This document shows, one piece after another, positions 1 to 10,150 of a DNA stretch of 64,000 bases (positions within the stretch are counted from its first letter, which is position 1; each line of letters begins with the position of its first letter). The DNA is taken from positions 182,769 through 246,768 of the IMG/VR virus record IMGVR_UViG_3300025161_000004; one strand, given 5' to 3'. A model generated the notes under the pieces. That model worked only from the letters and a program-made list of their open reading frames with translations, was not told the DNA's origin and did no database searches. Both the position numbers and the translations under genes were made by a program.

Positions 1-653
1 TTTTTAACATCACCTCTCATTGGTTTATTGAGTGGTTTATTTTTTTTACTCTCAAAAACCTTAAGTGATGTTTGGTTTCTATTTTCCGATGCCCATTTTA
101 AATAGTCTGGATTATTTTTTGCAAAGTCCATTTCCATTTTTTGCATTTTTTTTTCAGCATCTTTTATCCATTCAAAACTACCATAGTATTTGTATATTTC
201 ATTAGCTAATACTTCACTATCTGACGAGATTTTTTTATATTCTTTTTCTGAAAAATCTCCACCTTTTGACTGATTATACTTCATTATATTTTGTTGAAAT
301 TCAAGATCAATCCATTTATCAATCAAAGTATTTGTTTCTTCTGACACATCATAATCCTCAACAATATCATATAATTCATATTTTTCATCTAAATAATTCG
401 ATAAATACTCATTAATAAACTTACCGTATCTAAACAATTTTTTAGATGCCTCTTCATCAAAGTCCAAAATTTTATATGAAGTAAATAAATTAGATAGTGG
501 TATACTTACTGGTAATGCTGCTTGTTTTCTCAGAGATTTAAATTTAATTTCCCTATTCTCACCTATCATCTCTTTAAGAAGAATTTCAGCCTCATTAAGT
601 ATTTCACCGATATTATTTAATCTACTACTTTGATTTTTTTGCATAAAACGCAT
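1..653 (-). CDS. Hypothetical acidic protein, runs off the window edge (partial)
   Basis: Read by hand from ATG 653: MRFMQKNQSSRLNNIGEILNEAEILLKEMIGE..., open to position 1; GTATTTAT motif upstream on the minus strand. Confidence 0.75.
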   Translation of the reverse strand, partial: MRFMQKNQSSRLNNIGEILNEAEILLKEMIGENREIKFKSLRKQAALPVSIPLSNLFTSYKILDFDEEASKKLFRYGKFINEYLSNYLDEKYELYDIVEDYDVSEETNTLIDKWIDLEFQQNIMKYNQSKGGDFSEKEYKKISSDSEVLANEIYKYYGSFEWIKDAEKKMQKMEMDFAKNNPDYLKWASENRNQTSLKVFESKKNKPLNKPMRGDVK

Positions 654-708
654 TTTTTATAAATACTTATAAAAGGACTATTAGTATTTATGTGAAACTA
701 ATATTTTA

Positions 709-2685
709 ATGGAATTAAAGTGTCTTAATGATATAATTCATAATGGTTTAGCGATTCACATTGATTTAACTAATTCAAAATCATGGGATCTCAATAATAA
801 ATTTACATTAATTAGTTTAAATCAATGGAAAAATGCTAAATCGGATAACATATTTTTATATGATTTTGGTTTAACGGCATTTGATAATGGTAGAGTTTCT
901 AATATGTATGATACTCTGTCACTAACTCCAAACGATACCAAAGTTAAACTTTATAGAGTAGGTTATAACACTGAAACTGGTGGTACTTTCTATGATGGTT
1001 ATGGTATAACTGGTGTGACAGAAAATGGATATATATATGGTTTAGAATTTACTGGTATTACTGCAAATACTACATTTACTGGCGATAGTTTTGTGGGTAG
1101 ACATTTAAACCTTAATGGTGGTTATTTACAAGGATTTTTTAAATTATATAATTATAACTATGAGTTATTTCCATCAAGATTAAATGGCATTACAATTGAA
1201 ACTGTTGTTAGAATTGATGAGAATTCATACTCTAATAATGGTATTTTGTTCATGATGGGAGCTAGATCAGAAGATAAATATAATGATCCATTTTCTGGTG
1301 AGACAATTCTTTTGTCCACCTATAAAACTAAAACAGAAAAGAATGGAATTATTGAGTATCTTGATTCATATAATTCATATTCGGGAATAACTACTGGTGA
1401 AGCTAATTACTTAGCAGCATATAAAACTGGAACTACGATACCTAATGGTGTTAAAAATTTGGATAATAAATATAATGAAATTTATATTAGACAGAAAAAA
1501 AATTCTATAAATGGTAATGTTATTGCTTTACAGTTAACTACAGATGGTTATCTTGGTTTTAAATATATCGATGACGATGGAATATTACATAACCAAATAT
1601 CATCGAATAAAATTAGTACTGGTTGGACTATAATCACATTAACATTTAAACCATATGAAATAATTACTAATCCAGATTTACTCGAATGTGCTGAAAAAAG
1701 AAAGGGAGATTTAGCTGTATATGTAAATGGTAGACTGTTCTGGAAAATTAAAGAGTTTGATGAATTCTATTTTAAAAATATTAAAAATCAAAAAGAAAAA
1801 CAATTGGGTGTTCCATATAATATTTCTTGGGGTGGTGGTAGTTTTGGATTGAGACACTCATATCATTGGGATGTGAACAAGAGAATATTATATAATGGGA
1901 ATGATCAGTCATATATTAACTCTAATTTTAAATTAGATCTAAACCCATTAGTGGACTACTCGTGCATTACTACTACTGGAATGACTGGTACTTCAGCAAC
2001 AACAGGAATACAACTTCTAATGAATGATACTCTATTCTATAGTATTGATATTTGTGATCCACAAATAGAACTACCAGTCACTGTATTGGAGATAAGAAAT
2101 CTTACTGGAGTTACTCCGACTAAATCGAAATATTATATTGAATTTATACCCTCATTTGAATTATTAAGTAATAGAGATTATGTTTTATCTGCTAAGATTT
2201 ATGATACTGGAATATTCAGAAACACGAATAACTCAACTCAATTACCAACAATGAATAAAATATCGTTAGTTGTTTATGGAACTACAGATATCAATGTACT
2301 TAATGAAGTGACTTATCGTGGTACAACCCCTAATAAATGGTCTGATTTAAGTTTAAAGTTTAGATTAAAAGATAATACTGGTTTACAAACAATTTTTGTT
2401 GGGATATACATCGAATCAGATGAACCATTAGTAGATGGTTTTAGGTTATATATTGATGATTATACTTTAACGGGATCAGATAAATTATCAAAAGATTTAT
2501 CCAAAAACGATTTACTAATAGAAAATAATTTTAGTAATTCATTTGTTGGTGGATTACAAAAATTAAGAATTTATGACTATGCATTTACATCGGAAGAAGC
2601 ATTACATAATGCATATTGGGAATCAAAAAAGAATCCAAATTTAAATTTAAATGTTGTTAAGGGAGGTAGAATAATATTTAGATAG
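709..2685 (+). CDS. Putative virion structural protein with LamG/ConA-like segments
   Basis: 658 aa, rich in Thr/Gly/Asn; WTIITLTF...VYVNG and LQKLRIYDYAFT are LamG-like. Confidence 0.55.
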   Translation: MELKCLNDIIHNGLAIHIDLTNSKSWDLNNKFTLISLNQWKNAKSDNIFLYDFGLTAFDNGRVSNMYDTLSLTPNDTKVKLYRVGYNTETGGTFYDGYGITGVTENGYIYGLEFTGITANTTFTGDSFVGRHLNLNGGYLQGFFKLYNYNYELFPSRLNGITIETVVRIDENSYSNNGILFMMGARSEDKYNDPFSGETILLSTYKTKTEKNGIIEYLDSYNSYSGITTGEANYLAAYKTGTTIPNGVKNLDNKYNEIYIRQKKNSINGNVIALQLTTDGYLGFKYIDDDGILHNQISSNKISTGWTIITLTFKPYEIITNPDLLECAEKRKGDLAVYVNGRLFWKIKEFDEFYFKNIKNQKEKQLGVPYNISWGGGSFGLRHSYHWDVNKRILYNGNDQSYINSNFKLDLNPLVDYSCITTTGMTGTSATTGIQLLMNDTLFYSIDICDPQIELPVTVLEIRNLTGVTPTKSKYYIEFIPSFELLSNRDYVLSAKIYDTGIFRNTNNSTQLPTMNKISLVVYGTTDINVLNEVTYRGTTPNKWSDLSLKFRLKDNTGLQTIFVGIYIESDEPLVDGFRLYIDDYTLTGSDKLSKDLSKNDLLIENNFSNSFVGGLQKLRIYDYAFTSEEALHNAYWESKKNPNLNLNVVKGGRIIFR

Positions 2686-2687
2686 TT

Positions 2688-2894
2688 ATGGCTGAACTAG
2701 AAGAAATATACTCGGGCTGGAAAAATTATATTTTCCCAAATAAAGAAACTGAAGAATTGGCTAAGAAAAGAATCAGTATATGCTTTTCTTGTACGAATTA
2801 TAAACAAAAAATAAATAGATGTAATATTTGTGGATGCTTTATGCCAGCAAAGGTTAGATCAATAAATTCATCATGTCCACTAAAAAAGTGGTAA
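2688..2894 (+). CDS. Small Cys-rich protein (DUF6171-like)
   Basis: KRISICFSC...RCNICGCFMPAK...CPLKKW. Confidence 0.65.
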   Translation: MAELEEIYSGWKNYIFPNKETEELAKKRISICFSCTNYKQKINRCNICGCFMPAKVRSINSSCPLKKW

Positions 2895-2895
2895 T

Positions 2896-3306
2896 TTATT
2901 GAGCAAATACCACTAAAAATGTATCTTCAAGAAATTCTATTGAATGTGTTGTGTATTTTTTTACCTTAAAGGTTTCAAATGAATTTATTATGGTAGATGA
3001 ATTTAAAAAATTTATCTTCATTTTTCCAAATAAACAAATGTATGATTCGTTAAATTCATGAACATGATTATCAATAACAGTGTCTTTTTTTATGTAGTAA
3101 ACTTTTACCCTATCATCTTTATTTGGCATGTCATTAATACATGTAAGATGAACTCCCTTATCCTTTAAAAAATCAAGTATTTTATGATATTCAGTCTCAT
3201 GAATAATACTAAGTGCATTATTAATTTGATTGATTAATAACGCTTCCTTTTTTTTTGATATTAATCTATTAGCCTTATCGATTGCTATCTCGAAAGACGG
3301 ACTCAT
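2896..3306 (-). CDS. Cupin-domain protein
   Basis: HVHEFNESYICLFG...HSIEFLEDT cupin motifs. Confidence 0.7.
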   Translation of the reverse strand: MSPSFEIAIDKANRLISKKKEALLINQINNALSIIHETEYHKILDFLKDKGVHLTCINDMPNKDDRVKVYYIKKDTVIDNHVHEFNESYICLFGKMKINFLNSSTIINSFETFKVKKYTTHSIEFLEDTFLVVFAQ

Positions 3307-3376
3307 TTTTTTTGTATTTTTTTATAAATACTATAAATACGTCAAAAAATGAAAAAAATCATACATGATAATTACA

Positions 3377-4027
3377 TCAACCATAATTTATTAGTAATTT
3401 CTTAATAAATTTTCTTTTAAATATTGGTTTTATCGTGAATTCGAAATTTTCTTTGGGTGGTGTTTCTACTATAAAGTAGTTTTTTTGATATCTATTTTTG
3501 AAAAAAGTATTCTCGGATATATCAGTTAATTCTAATACAAATAATTCATCTGAAGTAAGTTTTTTATTTAAAAAGTATTCATAATAATATTTTTTAATAT
3601 TATCTATAATTACAATATAACCTGAGTATAATGAAAAGTTGCTAACAATATTTCCATCAATATTGATTTTTGATTCAATTTCATCATATAATTTAGAATA
3701 CGATAAAAATAAACTATCGAATATTTCCTTTCCAAATTCTGCTGTTTCTACTATGTCATTTAATGATGAATCATTTATTAATGATCTATATATAATTTTT
3801 TGTTCGATTACATCTAAACCTATAATTTCTTTTTTTCCATTTTCGAAAACATAAATATTATCTAAAAAAATGTCGATATAATTTTTATTAGCAATAATAT
3901 CAATAAAATCAGGATAAAGTAATCTATGTCTGAATCGCTCTCTTTTCTCTTTTTCATAAGCAAGCAACAAATACTTCTTGTATTCAAAATCAATTGGGTT
4001 GTTTATAAGCCAACCTTTATTTAACAT
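3377..4027 (-). CDS. Hypothetical protein
   Basis: 216 aa ORF, ATG start, GTATTTAT motif upstream. Confidence 0.75.
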   Translation of the reverse strand: MLNKGWLINNPIDFEYKKYLLLAYEKEKRERFRHRLLYPDFIDIIANKNYIDIFLDNIYVFENGKKEIIGLDVIEQKIIYRSLINDSSLNDIVETAEFGKEIFDSLFLSYSKLYDEIESKINIDGNIVSNFSLYSGYIVIIDNIKKYYYEYFLNKKLTSDELFVLELTDISENTFFKNRYQKNYFIVETPPKENFEFTIKPIFKRKFIKKLLINYG

Positions 4028-4087
4028 AGATATAATTTAAATATAAATACTTGTTTGATATTTTTAAAGTATTTATTTTTGTTGTTT

Positions 4088-4576
4088 ATGGGTATAGTTA
4101 GGATTTTAATAATTACACTTATCTTAACCCTAATAACAAACATATCTTTCTCACAATCGATTTCGAAAATTGAAACACCGCAATCAATTCCATTAAAAAA
4201 TTATCAACACATGTATTATATTGAAGTTTTTATTAATGGTAAAAGAGGAAATCTAATTATAGATACTGGAGCATCATTCACATTATTTGATATCACTCAA
4301 TCAGAAGAATATGGTTTTAAACCAGTCTATAGTGATTTTGATTTAATTGGTCTTGGTGGCAGAAAAAAAAGATATCAACTAAAAAATTGTTATGTTGTTT
4401 ATAAAGACTTTCCATTATTACTTAAGGCATATGGTACAGATATGAGTGAATTAGTTAAATCATTTTCTGAACATGGTTTACATATTTTAGGTATAATTGG
4501 ATCAGATTACTTTACAATGGCAAATGCAATAATTGATTATAAAAACAAAAAATTATTATTAAATTGGAAAATGTAA
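4088..4576 (+). CDS. Retropepsin-like (clan AA) aspartic protease with N-terminal signal
   Basis: LIIDTGAS motif and GIIGSD; hydrophobic N-terminus; start moved to ATG 4088. Confidence 0.8.
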   Translation: MGIVRILIITLILTLITNISFSQSISKIETPQSIPLKNYQHMYYIEVFINGKRGNLIIDTGASFTLFDITQSEEYGFKPVYSDFDLIGLGGRKKRYQLKNCYVVYKDFPLLLKAYGTDMSELVKSFSEHGLHILGIIGSDYFTMANAIIDYKNKKLLLNWKM

Positions 4577-4673
4577 TTTATATTAATTACGTACGCATAA
4601 AAATGTTGGAGTTTTGTTTTTTTATGTAAAATTTTAATTATATTTGAAGCTACAAATTTTAATAAATTTAAAA

Positions 4674-4787
4674 ATGGCAAAGACACCACCGAAACCAACA
4701 GGTAATCGTATTATAGATTTAATTACTATTGTAAATAATTCAAGCTGGATTTCTAAAGTAAAAGCAGTTCTTCTATTAAAGAAATAG
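4674..4787 (+). CDS. 37 aa small protein
   Basis: MAKTPPKPTGNRIIDLITIVNNSSWISKVKAVLLLKK, TATATTTG promoter upstream. Confidence 0.45.
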   Translation: MAKTPPKPTGNRIIDLITIVNNSSWISKVKAVLLLKK

Positions 4788-4861
4788 TAATTCTGCTCAG
4801 ATTCGAACTGAGAACTTAACTTTCAGAGAGTTATGTGTTTGACCAATTACACCACAGAATA
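4788..4861 (-). tRNA. tRNA-Gln(CTG)
   Basis: Cloverleaf; anticodon arm TAACT-CTCTGAA-AGTTA; T loop TTCGAAT. Confidence 0.85.
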
Positions 4862-4869
4862 ATATAAAG

Positions 4870-4941
4870 GGTGAAAGGTCGGTTACGATCCGACGACTCC
4901 ATTTTCACAGAATGGTATGTTACCATTACACCACAATCACC
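4870..4941 (-). tRNA. tRNA-His(GTG) with encoded G-1 and C73
   Basis: CCATT-CTGTGAA-AATGG; T loop ATCGTAA (A54/T58 swap). Confidence 0.8.
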
Positions 4942-4945
4942 ATAT

Positions 4946-5020
4946 TGGATGTCGTGGATGGACTTGAACCATCACTTTCAGAGTCAAAGTCTGAAGTACT
5001 ATTCATTATACTACACGACA
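4946..5020 (-). tRNA. tRNA-Gln(TTG), CCA encoded
   Basis: TCAGA-CTTTGAC-TCTGA; acceptor TGTCGTG/CACGACA. Confidence 0.9.
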
Positions 5021-5091
5021 ATATAGCTTTCAAAAAAATAATTCATATTTATCACTTCTACTTAAAGATATAACTCACATAATAAGTATTG

Positions 5092-5166
5092 TCGAGTAGG
5101 CTGGATTCGAACCAGCGACCTCTTGCTCCCAAAGCAAGTGCGTTGACCTGACTACGCTACTACTCG
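5092..5166 (-). tRNA. tRNA-Pro(TGG)
   Basis: CTTGC-TTTGGGA-GCAAG; acceptor CGAGTAG/CTACTCG. Confidence 0.9.
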
Positions 5167-5208
5167 TTTTATCAAATCTCTATTGATTACACAAAATCAA
5201 TATTTGTG

Positions 5209-5284
5209 TCGGGTAAGCAGGATTTGAACCTGCGATCTCCTGAGTCCAAGTCAGGCGAGAACGACCAAACTTCTCCATTACCCG
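5209..5284 (-). tRNA. tRNA-Pro(TGG), second copy
   Basis: CCTGA-CTTGGAC-TCAGG; acceptor CGGGTAA/TTACCCG. Confidence 0.9.
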
Positions 5285-5314
5285 ATAAATATTCAAATTC
5301 CAGCATACCCTGTA

Positions 5315-5350
5315 AAATCAAAAACCCAAGCAAATTGCTTGGGTTTTCTT
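5315..5350 (-). terminator. Attenuator terminator of tRNA operon 1
   Basis: AAAACCCAAGC-AATTT-GCTTGGGTTTTTGATTTT on the minus strand. Confidence 0.85.
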
Positions 5351-5373
5351 ATAATATCCTAATTTGGATTACT

Positions 5374-5457
5374 TTAGGATATGTGTATAGTTTGCCCAAG
5401 CAACAGCTTTTGTAGCTGATGTTTGGGTTGTGGTACTATAAACACATCCATTTTCAT
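5374..5457 (-). CDS. Leader peptide 1 (Pro/Gln/His sensing), 27 aa
   Basis: MKMDVFIVPQPKHQLQKLLLGQTIHIS; contains TTGCTTGGG, complementary to the terminator 5' arm. Confidence 0.85.
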   Translation of the reverse strand: MKMDVFIVPQPKHQLQKLLLGQTIHIS

Positions 5458-5474
5458 TTCTTTAAAATTTTACA

Positions 5475-5504
5475 CAAAGTTATAACTAAATACGTTAATG
5501 TCAA
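5475..5504 (-). promoter_or_regulatory. Promoter of tRNA operon 1
   Basis: TTGACA...GTATTTA...TAACTTTG (Bacteroidota -7 TAnnTTTG). Confidence 0.7.
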
Positions 5505-5527
5505 GCAAATGGTTATAATTATTTTTT

Positions 5528-6532
5528 TTATTCTTCGAATGCTCTATCAATATCGTCGTTTCTGAGGTCATAAAAAACATCATCAGCTATTTCTTTTAAC
5601 TTCCTTCTATTTGGTTGACCAGTTAAAATACCATTAATTAAATTAACAAACTCATTATTTTCAGATGGTACTTTATAGAGTTCTTGAAGAAAATACAATA
5701 AAAAATCGGGATACCGATCCAAATATTGTTCAAAGTTATCAATAACATAATCACGTATTTTACTATAAATATCTCTACCGTTTATAATATCATCAAATTC
5801 ACTATCAATGGTATCGGTATATTTAACAAGTTCGGTGTTTTTTTCTTTATCTAATTCAAATCCTTCAATAGAGATAATTTCGAAAAGTGCTTTAGTTATT
5901 TCATGTACCAATACAGGAAATGTTTGTGCTCTCGCAATAATTCTATACACACCATTATTGTATGAGTACGTTGAAGAGCCCGCTGCCATTCCTTGCCTAT
6001 TACTCATAATAGCCATATTGGCTAGTTGATTTTTATCTGCCAAGTGATATATAATATCGTTCGACTTACCCAACTCATCATACATACTAATCAAATTAGG
6101 GTCTATGGCATCTAATCTATCCTTGAGCATGTGAAATATACCATGAGTTGACACTGCAGAACCCTGTGTAATTGCGTTAATTATTCTTCTTTTGTATGCA
6201 GGGTTTTTAAATTCATCAGGAAGGGTTTCTTTTGGTTTTCTTCTTTCGGGTGCATTTACTGTTACATTAGAGCTTAATTTTGCATCAATTTCAATACCAA
6301 ATTTCTCAATAATTGGAAATTGTTCTTTCACTAATTCGATAGCTAAATTTTCCAATTCTTCTTTATGCTGATTTTCTATCTGTTTAACTTGATGTAAATT
6401 TCTCATTACATTACTACCGAGTTGATGTAATGATTGACCTCTCGCAATTTCTTGACTTCTTCTTTTTAGATCTTGTAGATAGTTTGGATCTAAGAAGTCT
6501 TCGTAGTCAACTTCTTTTAATTGTTTTTTCAT
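5528..6532 (-). CDS. Hypothetical protein
   Basis: 334 aa ORF coupled to the upstream ORF. Confidence 0.85.
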   Translation of the reverse strand: MKKQLKEVDYEDFLDPNYLQDLKRRSQEIARGQSLHQLGSNVMRNLHQVKQIENQHKEELENLAIELVKEQFPIIEKFGIEIDAKLSSNVTVNAPERRKPKETLPDEFKNPAYKRRIINAITQGSAVSTHGIFHMLKDRLDAIDPNLISMYDELGKSNDIIYHLADKNQLANMAIMSNRQGMAAGSSTYSYNNGVYRIIARAQTFPVLVHEITKALFEIISIEGFELDKEKNTELVKYTDTIDSEFDDIINGRDIYSKIRDYVIDNFEQYLDRYPDFLLYFLQELYKVPSENNEFVNLINGILTGQPNRRKLKEIADDVFYDLRNDDIDRAFEE

Positions 6533-6789
6533 TACTTTAATTTATTAAACTTATCTGCAATTTTATTAGCGATTGACATTTCAGACGCTGTAGCAGGTTT
6601 TTTATGACCCTTAGGAGTTGGTTCAGGAGCTTTTTCTGGTGTAGGTAAACGTCTTCTAAGTGGTTTGACTTCCTTCTCTTTATCTGGAGAAGTCTCAACC
6701 TCCTTTTCCCTTTTAGGTTTTTCTGGTTTTGGATTAGTAAATTCTAATAGGGTTTCTTTCACCAATTTTTTTAATTCCTGTAATTTCAT
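6532..6789 (-). CDS. Small Lys/Pro/Glu-rich protein with shared N-terminal motif
   Basis: MKLQELKKLVKETLLE N-terminus. Confidence 0.75.
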   Translation of the reverse strand: MKLQELKKLVKETLLEFTNPKPEKPKREKEVETSPDKEKEVKPLRRRLPTPEKAPEPTPKGHKKPATASEMSIANKIADKFNKLK

Positions 6790-6892
6790 AATTAAAATAT
6801 ATTAAAGTATATTAGTAAATACTGCTTAAATATATAAAAAATTATACTTTAAGTTATCAAAAGGGTATTTATGTATAGTGTTTGTACGTAAT

Positions 6893-9412
6893 ATGTTAAA
6901 TATAAGAACATTATTATTCGAGGATGTCGCTAAATCGAAAAAAATCCTTAGAGAGTTAAATATACCTGAAAGTGACCCAAGATATCAAAAACTTAAGAAG
7001 TTATTAGAAAAAAATATTGGCTATCTGGGTTTGTTCACAACATTCATGTTCAAAAATAGAGTCGAATATGATGAATTGGTGAGTCTATACGATGAAATTA
7101 AGAGAGAACCTGCAAAATTTAAAAAATTACCTAAGCCACTGATTCAGTATAGTTCATATGTTGAATTACAAGATGCATTAACTGAAGTAGAGAAGGATAT
7201 TAAGTTTCAGAAAGCATATAAAATGCTTCCTAAAAATGTAAGAGAGTTAATCGACAATAATTTATCTAAAGATGTTAAAGATAAATTAATATCATTGTCA
7301 GATGACTTTATTAAAGCATATGATTTTCTTTCAAAATCACAAGGTAAATCTCCTGAACAAATTGAAAGTGATAAAAACGAATTAAATAAATTTTATTCTG
7401 GATTTGCAACTATTACTCGTAATCAAGGTGATGTTTCGGATATCTTGAACAAGATTGATCTTTTTGTGAAAAAATATGCAGACCAATTAAGTTTTGAAAA
7501 AAAAGTTGAGGAAATTAAAAACACTGATGGCGCAGAAATTATTACTGCAAATCCACAAACAAAAATTATTGTTGCAGCAATATACACATATAATGCATCA
7601 AAAAAACTAGGTAGCCCATATTGGTGTATTAGTTATTCTAATAGCCATTGGAATGAAAACACAAATGGTAGAATACAATTCTTTATTTGGAACTATAATT
7701 ACCCTGTATCAGATAAAAACAATCTTCTAGGCTTAACACTTAACACAGATTTTACACTAAATAGTTTTCAAAACTCATTAAATAAGCCAGTTAATGTTAA
7801 TAGTAGAGATGAATTAATTTCGTACTTAAGCCGCATAAATATTCCTGTCGAATTAATTCAAAATAAAATACAAAACTTTAATAGAGAAAGAAATAAATTT
7901 AGACTAGAAGAAATAGAAAGAAAAAATGTAAATGAGATAACACAACAAGATATATATTTTCTAATTCAGAATTATTATAGTACTCCAGAAGAGATAATTG
8001 ATTTCTTAGCTAAGAAATATGATAGAATGCCACGTTTTGCATTGCCGATTATTTTGGAAATGAGAACTGGTGATAAGAAAAAAATTATACCTGATATAAT
8101 TAGTAAGTTTAAAGGTAAATTTGTAGATGAGGATGACTTTTATTTCATGATTAATACTGATAATTTACGTAGAATCTATCCTGAAAGTGATCCTGAAAAA
8201 TTCAGAGATGCCATTATTGCAAAATTAACTAAAGAAAGAAATCCAAAAGATATCGATAAATCATTAGCGTTTTCATATATTATTCATAATTTAGGAAGAT
8301 TGTCGGATGCAATAAAGTATATTGGCGTAGATAAATTAAAACTATTCGATAATGATGAGATAATGTTGTTGCTTAATAGAGCAATAATTGCCGATGATAG
8401 TGAAACAATAAAATTACTTAATTCGGTCGGTAGATTACCAAATTTCAAACCAAAAGACATATTAGGATTAATATATAGTTTATATAATCAGGGATATAAG
8501 AATGCGTATCAGAAAATAGTATCGTTATTTGGTGATTCATTTGTTGATGAACTCGATAATAACGCACTATTTACAGTAATAATAAACTATCCTGATGAAA
8601 TCTTTATACCAATGTTTGAAAAAAATAGAGAAAAATTATTCGATAAATTAACTCCCTCACAAATACAAATAATTTTAAAATCAGAAAATGCCGAAAGACT
8701 TAAAAATTTTAAAGGGATAGAAAAAACTAATGAACCAGATCAGGAAGATGGTAGCGAATTTAAAGATGATAAGAGTAATTATCGAATATATAGTGAATTG
8801 ATAAGAGCCAGAACTAAAAGTGAAATAATTAGTATAATAAATAAGTATGGTAAAAGTGCCATACGTCAGTTAGAGCCTGCACAAGTAGTTAAGATACTAA
8901 AAAACACAACACAAAAAAAATTACTTGCAGATACTTTCGGCAAAGATTTAGTACAGAAAGCAATTAATGATCCAACAGGAGGATCAACACTTCAATTTTT
9001 ACTGAATAGAGAAAAATTATCAATAGATAATATTGCTGAAAGTAATCATGTGTTTGAATTATTTCCTACGCTAAAAAATAATGATCTTGATGATTTACTT
9101 AACAGCAAAGAATTTCAAGTTAACTTAGTTTATGATATAATAAATTTACGAAATATACATAATATAAACTATGAAAAATCAAGTCAAACAATAATTGATA
9201 AGTACGCTGATTATAGTTGGAATTCAAATGTTCAAGAATTCGAATTTGATTATGATTTTAATGGTAAAATAGTTTCTTTGAAAATATGGATTGACAATAA
9301 CGAACCAGTTTTTATGGATAGTACTGGTACAAGATTTAGAATGGACTGGTTGAATACAGAAAAGGGTTCATTCTATAAAAAGTTAATGTTATCAAAATTA
9401 AATTCAATATAA
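6893..9412 (+). CDS. Large hypothetical protein (possible virion internal protein)
   Basis: About 840 aa; start moved to ATG 6893 (MLNIRTLLFED); WCISY motif; GTATTTAT upstream. Confidence 0.8.
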   Translation: MLNIRTLLFEDVAKSKKILRELNIPESDPRYQKLKKLLEKNIGYLGLFTTFMFKNRVEYDELVSLYDEIKREPAKFKKLPKPLIQYSSYVELQDALTEVEKDIKFQKAYKMLPKNVRELIDNNLSKDVKDKLISLSDDFIKAYDFLSKSQGKSPEQIESDKNELNKFYSGFATITRNQGDVSDILNKIDLFVKKYADQLSFEKKVEEIKNTDGAEIITANPQTKIIVAAIYTYNASKKLGSPYWCISYSNSHWNENTNGRIQFFIWNYNYPVSDKNNLLGLTLNTDFTLNSFQNSLNKPVNVNSRDELISYLSRINIPVELIQNKIQNFNRERNKFRLEEIERKNVNEITQQDIYFLIQNYYSTPEEIIDFLAKKYDRMPRFALPIILEMRTGDKKKIIPDIISKFKGKFVDEDDFYFMINTDNLRRIYPESDPEKFRDAIIAKLTKERNPKDIDKSLAFSYIIHNLGRLSDAIKYIGVDKLKLFDNDEIMLLLNRAIIADDSETIKLLNSVGRLPNFKPKDILGLIYSLYNQGYKNAYQKIVSLFGDSFVDELDNNALFTVIINYPDEIFIPMFEKNREKLFDKLTPSQIQIILKSENAERLKNFKGIEKTNEPDQEDGSEFKDDKSNYRIYSELIRARTKSEIISIINKYGKSAIRQLEPAQVVKILKNTTQKKLLADTFGKDLVQKAINDPTGGSTLQFLLNREKLSIDNIAESNHVFELFPTLKNNDLDDLLNSKEFQVNLVYDIINLRNIHNINYEKSSQTIIDKYADYSWNSNVQEFEFDYDFNGKIVSLKIWIDNNEPVFMDSTGTRFRMDWLNTEKGSFYKKLMLSKLNSI

Positions 9413-9452
9413 AAATTTGTAGATACGAAAAAAACTCATATATTTGCTATTC

Positions 9453-9854
9453 ATGAAAAATCTGTTTCTAGACGATATTAGAACACCAAAAGATGTTTTT
9501 AGGTATACACATAATAGTGATTATCTAAAATTTGAATGGGATATTGTGAGGAATTATGATGACTTTGTTGAATATATCATAAAAAACGGTTTGCCCGACT
9601 TAATTTCTTTTGATCATGATCTTGCTGATGAACATTACGATGAAGCTATGTATAATGGTGATTTGTACAACAATCTATATGATAAATTTAAAGAGAAAAC
9701 TGGTTATGATTGTGCTAAATGGTTGATTGAATACTGTATGGACAATGATATTGATGTTCCAAAAATATATGTACACTCAATGAATCCTATTGGTGCTGAG
9801 AATATTAGAAAATTATTTATAAACTATATAAATCAACGGAAAAAGAATGCTTAA
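9453..9854 (+). CDS. Cyclic-phosphate processing receiver-domain protein
   Basis: LFLDD.R.P...ISFDHDL...TGYDCAKWL...VHSMNPIGAENI. Confidence 0.75.
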   Translation: MKNLFLDDIRTPKDVFRYTHNSDYLKFEWDIVRNYDDFVEYIIKNGLPDLISFDHDLADEHYDEAMYNGDLYNNLYDKFKEKTGYDCAKWLIEYCMDNDIDVPKIYVHSMNPIGAENIRKLFINYINQRKKNA

Positions 9855-10149
9855 ACGAGATATAAAAATATTGAATATATCAAAAGGGTTAGTATTTTCA
9901 ATCACATATGAGATGAGTGATAATTACTTAACAACACTACTACTCATTCATTCCAATAACTCATCAATTGAATTTGAGCAGAGGTCATTGAAAAACCCAT
10001 ATGATATACATGGATTTAATGTTACTTGGATGTTATGTGATGAGTTAGTTGATATTGGTATATTAGTTGAAGATTATGAGTCTTTTAATGTTCGTTATGT
10101 AATAACCCCATTAGGTTTACAAATAATAAATAAAATTAAAAAACTATGA
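9847..10149 (+). CDS. Hypothetical protein
   Basis: 100 aa ORF overlapping the upstream stop. Confidence 0.65.
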   Translation: MLKRDIKILNISKGLVFSITYEMSDNYLTTLLLIHSNNSSIEFEQRSLKNPYDIHGFNVTWMLCDELVDIGILVEDYESFNVRYVITPLGLQIINKIKKL

Positions 10150-10150
10150 A

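Noticed and set aside
5206-5415. ORF-track calls over tRNAs and attenuators (also 11153-11398, 12350-12619, 32894-33076, 39375-39566, 42873-43058, and the 5' part of 40175-40753)
   Set aside because: They overlap clear tRNA cloverleaves or leader/terminator elements and are chance frames.
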